Notes under the pieces: model-generated
Told to the model about the DNA's origin: nothing
What the model saw: only the letters and a program-made list of their open reading frames with translations
Databases searched by the model: none
Shown here: positions 1 through 10,450 of the stretch, piece by piece
Numbering within the stretch: the stretch's first letter is position 1
Layout of the letters: each line of letters opens with the position of its first letter
Source: an uncultured virus (IMG/VR IMGVR_UViG_3300014204_000168)
Taxonomy: Duplodnaviria > Heunggongvirae > Uroviricota > Caudoviricetes
IMG/VR virus record: IMGVR_UViG_3300014204_000168
Span: 1 to 64,000 of that record
DNA length: 64,000 bases
Direction: 5' to 3' (one strand)
Program-made: the position numbers and the translations under genes

Positions 1-207
1 CTTGTTGTTAAAGGTTTCGAACCAGCTTGGGATAAAGTTAACAAACAATGGGTTGATAAAGCAACATTAACAGATGCTGAGGCAAATGATGAAAGTTCTG
101 AAATTACAATGGATAATGATGTTGATGATGTTATTGAAACTAAGAAATCAACGAAATCTAAAACAGTTGTAACACAAGAAGAAGAAGTTGATGATTTCCC
201 ATTTTAA
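1..207 (+). CDS. Single-stranded DNA-binding protein, C-terminal part (5'-truncated by window edge)
   Basis: Frame 1 open from base 1 to TAA at 205-207; acidic tail ending EEEVDDFPF typical of SSB/gp32; lies before recA. Confidence 0.65.
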   Translation, partial: LVVKGFEPAWDKVNKQWVDKATLTDAEANDESSEITMDNDVDDVIETKKSTKSKTVVTQEEEVDDFPF

Positions 208-229
208 AATGGTAAAATAATTCTACCTT

Positions 230-289
230 TTTAAACTTTCTAGATATTTATATAATATAAAAATTAATTAATAATCTAGAAAGTTTAAA
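230..289 (+). promoter_or_regulatory. 16-bp inverted repeat enclosing a putative late promoter (ATATTTATA) and covering the HNH gene start
   Basis: TTTAAACTTTCTAGAT (230-245) and ATCTAGAAAGTTTAAA (274-289); ATATTTATA at 244-252. Confidence 0.6.
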
Positions 290-834
290 TGGCAGAGTTA
301 AAAACAAAAATATGTTTTAAATGTGGTAATGAGTTACCATTAAATGAATTTTACAAACATAAACAAATGTCTGATGGTTACTTAAATAAGTGTAAGGTAT
401 GTACTAAAAATGATGTTAAAATAAATGAAGAACGTTTAAAAGAAGATAATGATTGGGTTTTAAATGAGAAAAAACGACATCGTGAAAAATATCATAGGTT
501 AGGTTATAAAGATTTATATAAACCAACGACAGAACATAAACGTGAAATTATTAATAGATATAGTAGAAAATTCCCTGAAAAAATATTAGCTTCTAAATAT
601 ACTGAAATTTATTTAAGTAAAATACCTGAGTATAATTTACATCACTGGTCATATAATCAAGAAGATTGGTTAGATATAATACAATTATCAATTAAAGACC
701 ATGGGTTTTTACATAGATTTATAATTTACGACCAAGAAAGGATGATGTATCGTCAATTAGATGGTATATTATTAGATACAAAAGAAAGACACTTACAATA
801 TTTTGAGTATTGTAAATTAAATTTTGAAAAATAA
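289..834 (+). CDS. Putative HNH homing endonuclease with N-terminal Zn finger
   Basis: CxxC...CxxC N-terminus; LHHWSYN...HGFLH nuclease-like motif; free-standing between ssb and recA. Confidence 0.6.
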   Translation: MAELKTKICFKCGNELPLNEFYKHKQMSDGYLNKCKVCTKNDVKINEERLKEDNDWVLNEKKRHREKYHRLGYKDLYKPTTEHKREIINRYSRKFPEKILASKYTEIYLSKIPEYNLHHWSYNQEDWLDIIQLSIKDHGFLHRFIIYDQERMMYRQLDGILLDTKERHLQYFEYCKLNFEK

Positions 835-858
835 CAAGAAAAAAATAAATGTTTTAAA

Positions 859-1983
859 ATGGCTAAAATACCAGAAAAGAAAAAAGGACCGATTAAAGTT
901 AATGAATTTGATTTACAAGGATTTCAAAAATCAAATGGTCTAGATAGTACCGTTAAAGATAAAGAAATTGGTTGGATACCGTTTTCTTCAGCATTTCATG
1001 ATGCGTTAGGAATACCGGGTTTACCAAAAGGATATGTATCACTATTAAGAGGTTTCAGTAATACGGGTAAATCAACCGGTGCATACGAAGCTATGGCATC
1101 TTGTCAAAAGATAGGTGTTTTACCTATTTTTATTGATACAGAAAATAATTTTAGTTGGGAACACGCTAAAGATTTAGGTATTCAATTCGAACCTGTTGTT
1201 AATGAAGAAACTGGTGAAATTATTGATTACAAAGGGTTTTTTATGTATATCGATAATGATGCATTACTTAAAAAATATGGTAAATATGATTACGATGAAG
1301 CTAAAGACGTTAAAGACCGTAGAAGTGAAGCTTGTGTTGAGGATGTTTCATCTTTAATAGATGATTTAATAGATGCTCAATCAGCTGGAAAACTACCGTA
1401 TGAATTATGTTTTATATGGGATTCTATTGGGTCACTTAATTGTTTTAAATCAATTAAATCAAAATCTAAGAATAACATGTGGAATGCTGGTGCGTTAGAG
1501 AATACATTTAAGGCTATTATAAACCATAAAATACCGGCTTCTAGAAAAGAAGGTAAAGAATATACTAACACTTTTATTGCAGTTCAAAAAATATGGTTAG
1601 ATAGTATGCAAGGTAAAGGTGTTATAAAACATAAAGGTGGTGAAGCGTTCTTCTATGCTGCTAGATTTATTATACATTTTGGTGGTGTTACATCACACGG
1701 AACAAAATCATTAACCGCTACAAGTGGTGGTAAAACATATTCTTTTGGTATTGAAACTAAAATTAAATGTGAAAAAAACCAAGTTAATGGTATTGAATTT
1801 GAAGGTGTTATTGCATCTGCACCAACTGGTTTTATGAATCCACTTAAAAAAGCTGAATACACTAAAGAAAATAAAGATTTGTTATTAAGTAAATTAGGTG
1901 TTATTAGTGGTGATATTGAAATTATTGCGTCAGAACCAACTGAAGATGATATTAGAGATATGTATATCAGTGATAGCAATTAA
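859..1983 (+). CDS. recA: RecA/UvsX-like recombinase
   Basis: Walker A GFSNTGKST, FIDTEN, Walker B FIWDSIGS, KGGEAFFY. Confidence 0.88.
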   Translation: MAKIPEKKKGPIKVNEFDLQGFQKSNGLDSTVKDKEIGWIPFSSAFHDALGIPGLPKGYVSLLRGFSNTGKSTGAYEAMASCQKIGVLPIFIDTENNFSWEHAKDLGIQFEPVVNEETGEIIDYKGFFMYIDNDALLKKYGKYDYDEAKDVKDRRSEACVEDVSSLIDDLIDAQSAGKLPYELCFIWDSIGSLNCFKSIKSKSKNNMWNAGALENTFKAIINHKIPASRKEGKEYTNTFIAVQKIWLDSMQGKGVIKHKGGEAFFYAARFIIHFGGVTSHGTKSLTATSGGKTYSFGIETKIKCEKNQVNGIEFEGVIASAPTGFMNPLKKAEYTKENKDLLLSKLGVISGDIEIIASEPTEDDIRDMYISDSN

Positions 1984-2022
1984 AGATATGTCTAATTTTG
2001 TTTAAAATAATAGATAAAAAAG

Positions 2023-2053
2023 TTGATATTTCATATTAATTGAGATAGTTTTG
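2023..2053 (+). promoter_or_regulatory. Bacteroidota-type housekeeping promoter (example of a recurring class)
   Basis: TTG at 2023 and TAGTTTTG at 2046-2053; same spacing at ten other intergenic sites. Confidence 0.7.
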
Positions 2054-2112
2054 TAATGTCCTTATGTATGTAAGGACATTTATTTTAGTATTAACCTTTA
2101 ATAGGTAAAAAA

Positions 2113-3195
2113 GTGAAAAAAAGACCATCTAAATATGGTGATAAAGAATTAAAAAGGAATGCATTAGTAATAGACGGTAACGCTTTATTAAAATTTGGGT
2201 TCCACGGTGCAAAAAACGAATATAATCATTTCGGTGAACATATTGGTGGTTTGTACCAATTCCTTACAATCTTAAGAAAATTATTGGATAGTGGAATTTA
2301 CCATAGTGTGTTTGTCTTTTGGGACGGACCACTTAGTGGTAAACTTCGATACAATATCTACAAAAATTATAAAAGTAACAGAGACAAAAATTTTGAAACT
2401 GGAACATTTTCACAAGACAAAGATTTAGTTAGAGAAAAAAAATTAATCTGGAATTATCTAGAACAATTATGTATTAGACAATTAGAAGATTATGTAGTTG
2501 AAAGTGATGATATGATTGCTTATTTCTGTAAAAACCATTCAAACATATATGATATTACAATATGTACATTAGATAGAGATTTATCTCAATTAATCAATAA
2601 AAATGTACAAATCTATTTTTGCGATTTAAAAGAAATTGTAACATTAGAAAATTATAATGAGTTTTTTCCCCATCACCAAAGTAATTCATTATTAATTAAA
2701 ATTTTAGCTGGTGATGATTCCGATTGTATTAAAGGTGTTAAAGGTGTTAAAGAGACATTACTTTTAAAATTATTCCCAATGTTAAAAGAAAGACCTGTTA
2801 CTTTAATTGAAATTCTTGAAGAGGCTAAAAGAATTAGACAAGAAAGAATTGATAATAAGAAACCACCATTACAGGCCATTGAGAACATCATAGAGGCACG
2901 AACTGATGGTATACAAGGTAATAAGTTATACGAAATAAATAATCGTATAATGAACCTAAAAAACCCTATGATGAGTGAATCAGCTATTGAGAAGTTTGAA
3001 GATATGACATTATTACCTATAGACCCTGAAGGTAGAAGCGTTAAGAATATTTATACTAAGATGAAACAAAATGGTCTTGATAGATTGATTAATGAACATC
3101 AATGGGAGAAATATATGTTACCTTTTAAAAAAATAATAAATAAAGAGAAAGATTATTATAATATCTGGCTCGAAAGAAATAAAGACGAAGAATAA
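2113..3195 (+). CDS. 5'-3' exonuclease / flap endonuclease (PolA N-terminal domain or T4 RNase H-like)
   Basis: LVIDGN, FWDG, YKSNR, ESDD, DRDLSQL, GDDSDCIKGVKGV; GTG start. Confidence 0.9.
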   Translation: MKKRPSKYGDKELKRNALVIDGNALLKFGFHGAKNEYNHFGEHIGGLYQFLTILRKLLDSGIYHSVFVFWDGPLSGKLRYNIYKNYKSNRDKNFETGTFSQDKDLVREKKLIWNYLEQLCIRQLEDYVVESDDMIAYFCKNHSNIYDITICTLDRDLSQLINKNVQIYFCDLKEIVTLENYNEFFPHHQSNSLLIKILAGDDSDCIKGVKGVKETLLLKLFPMLKERPVTLIEILEEAKRIRQERIDNKKPPLQAIENIIEARTDGIQGNKLYEINNRIMNLKNPMMSESAIEKFEDMTLLPIDPEGRSVKNIYTKMKQNGLDRLINEHQWEKYMLPFKKIINKEKDYYNIWLERNKDEE

Positions 3196-3219
3196 TTATT
3201 AATAAATAAATTTATAAAG

Positions 3220-3696
3220 ATGGAATTAAAACCAAAAATTGAAGAACAAAGATTTGAATTCTTATTACACATTAATGGTAAAATTATCTGCCAAAGATAT
3301 TTTCATATTAAAGGGTATAATGAAAAAGCATTAAATTCATTTGAATTGCATAACATGGCATTTGAATGTGTACAAACAATTAAAAAAGATTTAACAGAAA
3401 AAACGAGAGAATATCTGTGGAAATATTATCAACCTTATAAAGAGAGAGTTGATGTTGAAGAAGTAAATAAACGAAGTATTTATGAGAAAATTGATAATTT
3501 TCAATTTGAAGTTCGTGTAGATAAAAAAACCGTGATTACACGCCAATTTAGTGGTAATCCATTCCCACCAAAAGTTAGATATCAGGTTGATATTAAAGAT
3601 ATTATACATGATATTATTGATTCTGTTAGGTATTATTTAACAAAAGAAAAATATACATATAAATTTGAAGATAGTGAAAGTGTTGTTGAATTTTAG
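3220..3696 (+). CDS. Hypothetical protein
   Basis: 158-aa ORF in replication operon, ends in TAG. Confidence 0.75.
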   Translation: MELKPKIEEQRFEFLLHINGKIICQRYFHIKGYNEKALNSFELHNMAFECVQTIKKDLTEKTREYLWKYYQPYKERVDVEEVNKRSIYEKIDNFQFEVRVDKKTVITRQFSGNPFPPKVRYQVDIKDIIHDIIDSVRYYLTKEKYTYKFEDSESVVEF

Positions 3697-3726
3697 AGAT
3701 ATTTATTTTAAAATAAGTTTTTAATA

Positions 3727-5172
3727 ATGGAAAAAAAAGATAGAAACACTTTAGGATATCTCGGACAAGCATTTCAAATAAAATTCATAGGTCAATTGTT
3801 AACGGATGGGAAATATGCCCAATCCGTTATTGACATAGTTAAACCAGAATATTTTGATGATGAAAAATTGAGGTGTATTGTAATGCTCATTAAAGATAAT
3901 CATGAGCAATACGATAATATACCCGATTATATTAGTATGGAAGGGATACTAAGAAAAGAAACTTCTGGGCATCAGTTAGAACATTGTTTAGCTTTATTAT
4001 CTAAAGCTAAAGAATATGGTTTTAATAATGCATTACAAGTACAAGATGTTGCAAAAACATTTTTTAAACAACAAGAGACGGTTAAAGTTGCTAGAGAAAT
4101 ACTTAAAATAGCAGAAGAAGGTGATACAAATAAATATCATTTATGTGAGGGATTACTTAAAAAGGCGTTAGACTTTGGAGCCGATAAAGATGAGGTTATT
4201 GATGTATTTGATAATATTGATGCTGTACTATCAGATGATTTTAGAAAACCTGTACCAACTGGTATAGAAGGTTTAGATTCTAATATGGGCGGTGGTTTAT
4301 CTAAAGGTGAATTAGGAGTTATATTAGCACCATTTGGTGTTGGTAAAACAACAATGATTACTAAAATAGCTAATACTGCTAAAAATTATGGATGTAATGT
4401 ATTACAAATATTCTTTGAGGATAATCCTAAAGTAATACAAAGAAAGCATTATTCTTGTTGGACTGGTATTGGATTAAATAGTCTTCAAGATAAAAAGGCT
4501 GAGGTTAAAAAAATTGTAAGTGAGAGACAAGCTGAGGCTGGTAAAATTAAACTTAAAAAATTCCCTAGTGACGGTACTACAATTCCAATGATTAGACAAT
4601 ATATAAAAAAACAAATATCACAAGGTTTTAAACCAGACGTTATTTTATTAGATTATATAGATTGTGTAGCACCTAGTCGTACTTTTACAGATAATAATAT
4701 AGCTGAGGGTAATATTATGAGACAATTTGAATCAATGCTTGATGAATTACAATTAGTTGGTTGGACTGCAGTCCAAGGTAATAGAAGTTCTATTGGTGCT
4801 GAGTTAGTTGAAGCTAATCAAATTGGTGGTTCAATTAAAAAAGGACAAATTGGTCACTTTATAGTATCTATAGCTAAAACATTAGCACAAAAAGAAGACC
4901 ATTCAGCAACTATGGCAATATTAAAATCTCGTTTTGGTGCTGATGGTATTATATTTAGAAATTGTACATTTGATAATTCAAAAGTTCATATTGCGACATA
5001 TGATAACGATGGTGGTATACCATTTTCAAAAGCACAAGAAATAAAGGGTGTTGAAGAACAAGCAATTATTAATGAAGCATTGTTAGCTCATCATATTTTA
5101 AAAGATAGAATTAAAAATGCTAAAGATTTGGACCTTACCGGACCAGATGAGGGGGATAATAGTAAAGAGTAA
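3727..5172 (+). CDS. DnaB/gp41-like replicative helicase
   Basis: PTGIEGLD, Walker A APFGVGKTT, LLDYID, TAVQGNR, LKSRFG. Confidence 0.9.
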   Translation: MEKKDRNTLGYLGQAFQIKFIGQLLTDGKYAQSVIDIVKPEYFDDEKLRCIVMLIKDNHEQYDNIPDYISMEGILRKETSGHQLEHCLALLSKAKEYGFNNALQVQDVAKTFFKQQETVKVAREILKIAEEGDTNKYHLCEGLLKKALDFGADKDEVIDVFDNIDAVLSDDFRKPVPTGIEGLDSNMGGGLSKGELGVILAPFGVGKTTMITKIANTAKNYGCNVLQIFFEDNPKVIQRKHYSCWTGIGLNSLQDKKAEVKKIVSERQAEAGKIKLKKFPSDGTTIPMIRQYIKKQISQGFKPDVILLDYIDCVAPSRTFTDNNIAEGNIMRQFESMLDELQLVGWTAVQGNRSSIGAELVEANQIGGSIKKGQIGHFIVSIAKTLAQKEDHSATMAILKSRFGADGIIFRNCTFDNSKVHIATYDNDGGIPFSKAQEIKGVEEQAIINEALLAHHILKDRIKNAKDLDLTGPDEGDNSKE

Positions 5173-5195
5173 TAATAGTTTTAATATAAAAAATA

Positions 5196-7742
5196 ATGGA
5201 AAAAAACGAAATAATAACAAATATAAATAATACCTATAGTCGAGAAGAGGTATTAAAAGAAACAATTAAATATTTTAAAGGTGATACATTAGCAGCTGAT
5301 GCGTGGATTAATAAATACGCCTTAAAAGATTCAGATGGTAATTTATATGAAAAAACACCTGATGATATGCATAGAAGATTAGCTAGTGAAATTGCTAGAG
5401 TTGAAAAAAATTATCCTAACCCACTTTCAGAAGATGAAATTTTTGATGTTATTAAAGGTTTCAGATATATCGTACCACAAGGTGGACCTATGTCGGGTAT
5501 AGGTAATACAAAACAAATAGTTTCATTATCAAATTGTTTTGTATTAGGTCATCCATATGATTCGTATGGTGCTATATTACGAATAGATGAAGAACAAGTT
5601 CAATTAATGAAACGTAGGGGTGGTGTTGGTCATGATTTATCACATATCAGACCAAGTGGTAGTTCAGTAAAAAATTCTGCGTTAACTAGTACTGGTTTAG
5701 TACCATTTATGGAACGTTATTCAAATACAACTCGTGAGGTTGCACAAGATGGTAGACGAGGTGCATTAATGTTATCATGTTCAGTTAAACACCCAGATTC
5801 TGAAAAATTTATTGATGCTAAATTAACTGCTGGTAAAGTTACTGGTGCTAATATATCATTAAAAATGAGTAATGATTTTATGAATGCTGTTAAAAATAAC
5901 ACATCATTTACACAACAATATCCAGTTGATTCTACAAATCCAACAGTGATTAAACTTGCCGACCCTAAAAGTATATGGGGTAAAGTTATTCATAATGCAT
6001 GGAAATCAGCTGAACCCGGTATTTTATTTTGGGATACTATAATTAATGAATCAATACCAGATTGTTATAGTGATTCTGGGTTTAAAACAGTTTCAACAAA
6101 CCCATGTGGTGAAATACCTTTATGTCCATATGATTCTTGTAGATTATTATCTTTAAATTTATATTCGTATGTTGAAAATCCATTCACACCTGAAGCTAAA
6201 TTTAACTATGTATTATTTGCTAAACACGTACAAATGGCCCAAAGAATGATGGATGATATAATTGATTTAGAATTAGAAAAAATTGATTCTATAATTGAAA
6301 AATTAGATAATGACCCTGAACCAGATGAAATTAAGGTTATTGAAAGAAATTTATGGGAAAATGTTAAGATTATGGCAGTTAAAGGTCGTAGAACTGGTGT
6401 TGGTGTAACAGCTGAAGGTGATATGATAGCTGCATTAGGTTTAACGTATGGTACACCTAAAGCTACTGAATTTTCTATTGAAACCCATAAAATATTAGCA
6501 ATAAATGCTTATAAGTCATCTTGTTATATGGCACAAGAAAGAGGTTCATTTGAAGTTTGGGATTACGAAAGAGAAGTTAATAACCCAATGATTCAAAGGT
6601 TATGCGAAGCTGATGGTGAATTAAAGGAATTACTAAAAATAGGTAGAAGAAATATAGCATTATTAACTATAGCACCAACTGGTACTGTTTCATTAATGAC
6701 ACAAACAACATCAGGTATTGAGCCAGTATTTTTACCAATTTATAAACGTAGAAGAAAAATTAATCCTAATGATAAAAACGCTAGAGTTGATTTTACTGAT
6801 GAAAATGGTGATAGTTGGGAAGAGTATGTTGTAATACACCCAAAATTTCTAAAATGGTTAAGAGTTAAAGGTTATGACCTTGATGAAGTTAAAAAATATT
6901 CTGAAAATGAACTTAAAGAACTTATAGCAAAATCTCCTTATCATAAAGCTACATCAGCTGATGTTGATTGGGTAGAAAAAGTAACCATGCAAGGTGGTGT
7001 TCAAAAATGGGTAGACCATTCAATAAGTGTAACAGTTAATTTACCTGAAGAAACAACTGAAGATATTGTAGCTAAAGTTTATATTGCGGCTTGGGAATCT
7101 GGTTGTAAAGGTATAACAGTTTATAGAGATGGGTCACGCTCTGGTGTGTTAATTTCTGATAAAAAACAAGATAAAACAGTGTCTGAGATAATTAAAGAAA
7201 CTAATGCACCTAAAAGACCTGAAAAATTAGAGTGTGATATTTTAAGATTTCAAAATAATCATGAAAAATGGATTGGATTCACTGGGTTATTAGAAAAAAG
7301 ACCATATGAGATATTTACTGGTATACAAGAATCTTTTCCTATACCTAATTATGTTGAAAAGGGTTGGATTCTTAAAGTTAAAGAAGCCGGTTCTGAAAAT
7401 TCAAGATATGATTTTATTTATACGGATAAAGATGGTTACGAACAAACTATGAAAGGTCTTAATAGAGCATTTAATTCAGCGTTTTGGAATTATGCTAGGC
7501 TAATATCTGGGATTTTACGACATGGTATGCCAATTCCAAATGTGATTAGTTTAGTGGATACATTACATCTAGATGAAGACGGTATTTCATCGTGGAAAAC
7601 TGGTATTAAAAGAATGTTGAAAAAATACATTAAAAATGGTACCGAAGTTAAAGGATTAAAATGCCCGGATTGTTCTAATGATAAATTGAAATATCAAGAT
7701 GGGTGTGTATCTTGTGATTGTGGTTGGAGCAAATGCTCTTAA
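5196..7742 (+). CDS. nrdJ: Class II (adenosylcobalamin-dependent) ribonucleotide reductase
   Basis: LSNCFV, TNPCGEIPL, IAPTGT, TTSGIEP, GCKGITVYRDGSR, C-terminal Cys cluster; no nrdB nearby. Confidence 0.92.
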   Translation: MEKNEIITNINNTYSREEVLKETIKYFKGDTLAADAWINKYALKDSDGNLYEKTPDDMHRRLASEIARVEKNYPNPLSEDEIFDVIKGFRYIVPQGGPMSGIGNTKQIVSLSNCFVLGHPYDSYGAILRIDEEQVQLMKRRGGVGHDLSHIRPSGSSVKNSALTSTGLVPFMERYSNTTREVAQDGRRGALMLSCSVKHPDSEKFIDAKLTAGKVTGANISLKMSNDFMNAVKNNTSFTQQYPVDSTNPTVIKLADPKSIWGKVIHNAWKSAEPGILFWDTIINESIPDCYSDSGFKTVSTNPCGEIPLCPYDSCRLLSLNLYSYVENPFTPEAKFNYVLFAKHVQMAQRMMDDIIDLELEKIDSIIEKLDNDPEPDEIKVIERNLWENVKIMAVKGRRTGVGVTAEGDMIAALGLTYGTPKATEFSIETHKILAINAYKSSCYMAQERGSFEVWDYEREVNNPMIQRLCEADGELKELLKIGRRNIALLTIAPTGTVSLMTQTTSGIEPVFLPIYKRRRKINPNDKNARVDFTDENGDSWEEYVVIHPKFLKWLRVKGYDLDEVKKYSENELKELIAKSPYHKATSADVDWVEKVTMQGGVQKWVDHSISVTVNLPEETTEDIVAKVYIAAWESGCKGITVYRDGSRSGVLISDKKQDKTVSEIIKETNAPKRPEKLECDILRFQNNHEKWIGFTGLLEKRPYEIFTGIQESFPIPNYVEKGWILKVKEAGSENSRYDFIYTDKDGYEQTMKGLNRAFNSAFWNYARLISGILRHGMPIPNVISLVDTLHLDEDGISSWKTGIKRMLKKYIKNGTEVKGLKCPDCSNDKLKYQDGCVSCDCGWSKCS

Positions 7743-7771
7743 ATATTAAAAACATAATTATTTAACAATAT

Positions 7772-7804
7772 AAAAGCGTTTAGAGAAATCTTGACGCTTT
7801 TTTT
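7772..7804 (+). terminator. Intrinsic terminator after nrdJ
   Basis: AAAAGCGT...ACGCTTTT stem followed by T run. Confidence 0.7.
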
Positions 7805-7868
7805 GTTTTTTATCACTATTTATTTTTTAAAATAATTTATTATTATATTTATGTAATAAAGAATTATA

Positions 7869-8252
7869 ATGGCTAAAAAATACATAAATATCCAATTTCC
7901 ATTTGTTAATAGTAAAAAAGGTTTCTTTCTTGAATTGACTGAAACTGATAAAGAAGCTATTAAATCTGATTTAATGCATTTAATTTTAACCACAAAAGGT
8001 GAAAGATTTTACATGCCTAATTTTGGTACCAATTTACTTAAATATATTTTCGAACCACTTGATGGGTATACTGAGGTTGGAATTAAAGAAGAAATAACCA
8101 CTGTAGTTAAAACTTATTTACCTAATTTGGTAGTTAATGATGTAACTATCGATAAAGATACTGATAACGAGTATACCGCTATTGTTAGAATAGATTATAC
8201 AATAACAGAAGATGTATTTAATACATCAGATTTTGTAATTATAAATATATAA
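7869..8252 (+). CDS. Baseplate wedge protein, gp25-like
   Basis: LILTTKGERFYMPNFGTNL..FEP motif. Confidence 0.88.
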   Translation: MAKKYINIQFPFVNSKKGFFLELTETDKEAIKSDLMHLILTTKGERFYMPNFGTNLLKYIFEPLDGYTEVGIKEEITTVVKTYLPNLVVNDVTIDKDTDNEYTAIVRIDYTITEDVFNTSDFVIINI

Positions 8253-8258
8253 AATATT

Positions 8259-10079
8259 ATGCCTAGAAAAATTAACTACAATTCACGAAATTTCGCTGAG
8301 ATACGTACAGAATTAATTGGATTTATTCAACAATATTATCCAGATATATTATCAGATTTTAATGATGCATCTGTTGGTATGATGATGATAGAACTTAATG
8401 CCGCTGTAGCTGATGTGTTAAGTTTTCATACAGATAGGATGTTTCAAGAAACTCAAATAGATTACGCTCAAGAGAAAAAATCAGTTCTTGCTATGGCTAG
8501 AACATTTGGATTAAAAGTTCCGGGTAAACGACCTTCTATTAGTATAGTTGATTGGTCAGTTAAAGTTCCTGTATATGGTGATACCTTTGATTTATCATAT
8601 GCACCTGTTATTAGACAAGGTGCACAAGCAATTGGAGCCGGTAAAGTATTTGAAACAATTGATGATATTGATTTTTCATCACCATTTACTACTGGTGGGT
8701 TACCAAATAGGTTAATAATACCAAATGTTGATAGTAATGGTACTATCCAAAATTATACTATAACAAAACGAGAAATTGTATTGAATGGTGTAACTAAAGT
8801 ATATAAACGTATATTAAAATCTGAAGATGTGAAACCATTTTTAGAAGTTTTATTACCAGATAACGATGTATTATCAGTTGATTACGTGATAAATTTAGAG
8901 GGTACTGATTATACTAAAACACCAAGTATATCACAATTTCTAGATGAAAATCTTAGATGGTATGAAGTTGATGCTTTAGCTGAGGATAAAATATTTGTTG
9001 AGGATAAGACTAAAAATAGTGACAATGCTGGTATTAAAACAGGTAAATACTTAAAAGTTATGAAACGTTTCATAACTGAAAAAACAGATAAAGGGTTTAC
9101 AAAATTAATTTTTGGTGGTGGTACACAAGATATTGACTCTATTACACAATTTGGTGTTAATGGTAGTTTAATTGATAAAATAGGTGATTTCATTAATAAT
9201 TTATCATTAGGTATAACAGTTTCACCAAATCAAACTATGTTTATACAATATAGAACTGGTGGTGGTAGTAATACAAATCTAGGGCCTAATACATTAAAAT
9301 CAGTTGGTATTATTGATATGGTAATTAATGGACCATCTCAAACAATAAATACAGCTGTTAAAAACTCATTAACAGTAAACAATCCAATACCTTGTTTAGG
9401 TGGTAGAGACGAACCATCTGTTGAAGAAATTAGAAATTTAGTTAGATATAATTTTGCGGCACAAAATAGAGCTGTTACTATTAAAGATTATCAATCTAGA
9501 ATTGCTTTAATGCCGGGTAAATTTGGTGTCCCATTTAGATGTGGTGTGTACGAGGAACAAAATAAAATAAAGGTTGCTATATTAGCATTAGATGCTAGCA
9601 CTAAATTAACAAATATATCTACAAATACTTTAAGAGATAATATAGCCGAATATTTAAACGATTATAGAATGCTTAATGATTATGTTGAAATATCTAATGG
9701 TAAAATAATAAATTTAGGTTTTGAAGTGGATTTATTTATACAAAAGGAGTTTCAACAATCTCAAATAATTTCTGAAGTTATTAATAAAATAAAAACGTAT
9801 ATGGATATCAATGACCACGAAATGGGTCAGAATATTTATTTAAGTCAATTAATTGAAGATATTAATAATGTTGGTGGTGTATTGAATGTAATCGATTTAC
9901 GTGTGTATAATAAAGTTGGTGGTGCAAACTATTCTATAAATGAAATAGCACAACCATATGTTGATGAAGATACAAAACAAATAGATTTATTAGGTGAATA
10001 TACTTTATTCGGTGACCCAATTTCAATGTTCGAAATTAAAATACCTGAAACAGATATAAAAATTAGGGTTAAATCATAA
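8259..10079 (+). CDS. Baseplate wedge protein, gp6/J-like
   Basis: NFAEIRTELI N-terminus; GGRDEPSVEEIR and QNRAVTIKDY. Confidence 0.85.
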   Translation: MPRKINYNSRNFAEIRTELIGFIQQYYPDILSDFNDASVGMMMIELNAAVADVLSFHTDRMFQETQIDYAQEKKSVLAMARTFGLKVPGKRPSISIVDWSVKVPVYGDTFDLSYAPVIRQGAQAIGAGKVFETIDDIDFSSPFTTGGLPNRLIIPNVDSNGTIQNYTITKREIVLNGVTKVYKRILKSEDVKPFLEVLLPDNDVLSVDYVINLEGTDYTKTPSISQFLDENLRWYEVDALAEDKIFVEDKTKNSDNAGIKTGKYLKVMKRFITEKTDKGFTKLIFGGGTQDIDSITQFGVNGSLIDKIGDFINNLSLGITVSPNQTMFIQYRTGGGSNTNLGPNTLKSVGIIDMVINGPSQTINTAVKNSLTVNNPIPCLGGRDEPSVEEIRNLVRYNFAAQNRAVTIKDYQSRIALMPGKFGVPFRCGVYEEQNKIKVAILALDASTKLTNISTNTLRDNIAEYLNDYRMLNDYVEISNGKIINLGFEVDLFIQKEFQQSQIISEVINKIKTYMDINDHEMGQNIYLSQLIEDINNVGGVLNVIDLRVYNKVGGANYSINEIAQPYVDEDTKQIDLLGEYTLFGDPISMFEIKIPETDIKIRVKS

Positions 10080-10132
10080 TTATAATTTCCTTTTAATTTA
10101 AAAAGTGTATATTTTAGTATAAAATTAATAGT

Positions 10133-10444
10133 ATGGGATGTAATTGTAAAAAAAAGATAGTTAATGATGATATAACTGGTGAATTAACGGAAAAAAGAAA
10201 TGGTCGTAATATATTAATAAAGATATTATTATTTTTAGTTACTATAGCGATGAGTTTTATATTATATCCAGTAATAGTAGTGGTTATATTTAAACATTAT
10301 TTTACTAGTGGTAATGATGCATTAGATTTATTAAGTATAATAAAAAAAATAAAAGATAAAAATATAAAAAAAGTTGAGATTGATGACCAAGAACCAATAA
10401 ACAATGAAGATTATGAATTAATTGGTGTTGAGGTTGTAAAATAA
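10133..10444 (+). CDS. Small membrane protein with MGCNCKK N-terminus
   Basis: One long hydrophobic segment; Cys/Lys N-terminus. Confidence 0.7.
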   Translation: MGCNCKKKIVNDDITGELTEKRNGRNILIKILLFLVTIAMSFILYPVIVVVIFKHYFTSGNDALDLLSIIKKIKDKNIKKVEIDDQEPINNEDYELIGVEVVK

Positions 10445-10450
10445 AATAAT

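Noticed and set aside
859..7742. Inteins in RecA, helicase or NrdJ
   Set aside because: Lengths are ordinary and no intein splice-junction or LAGLIDADG blocks were seen
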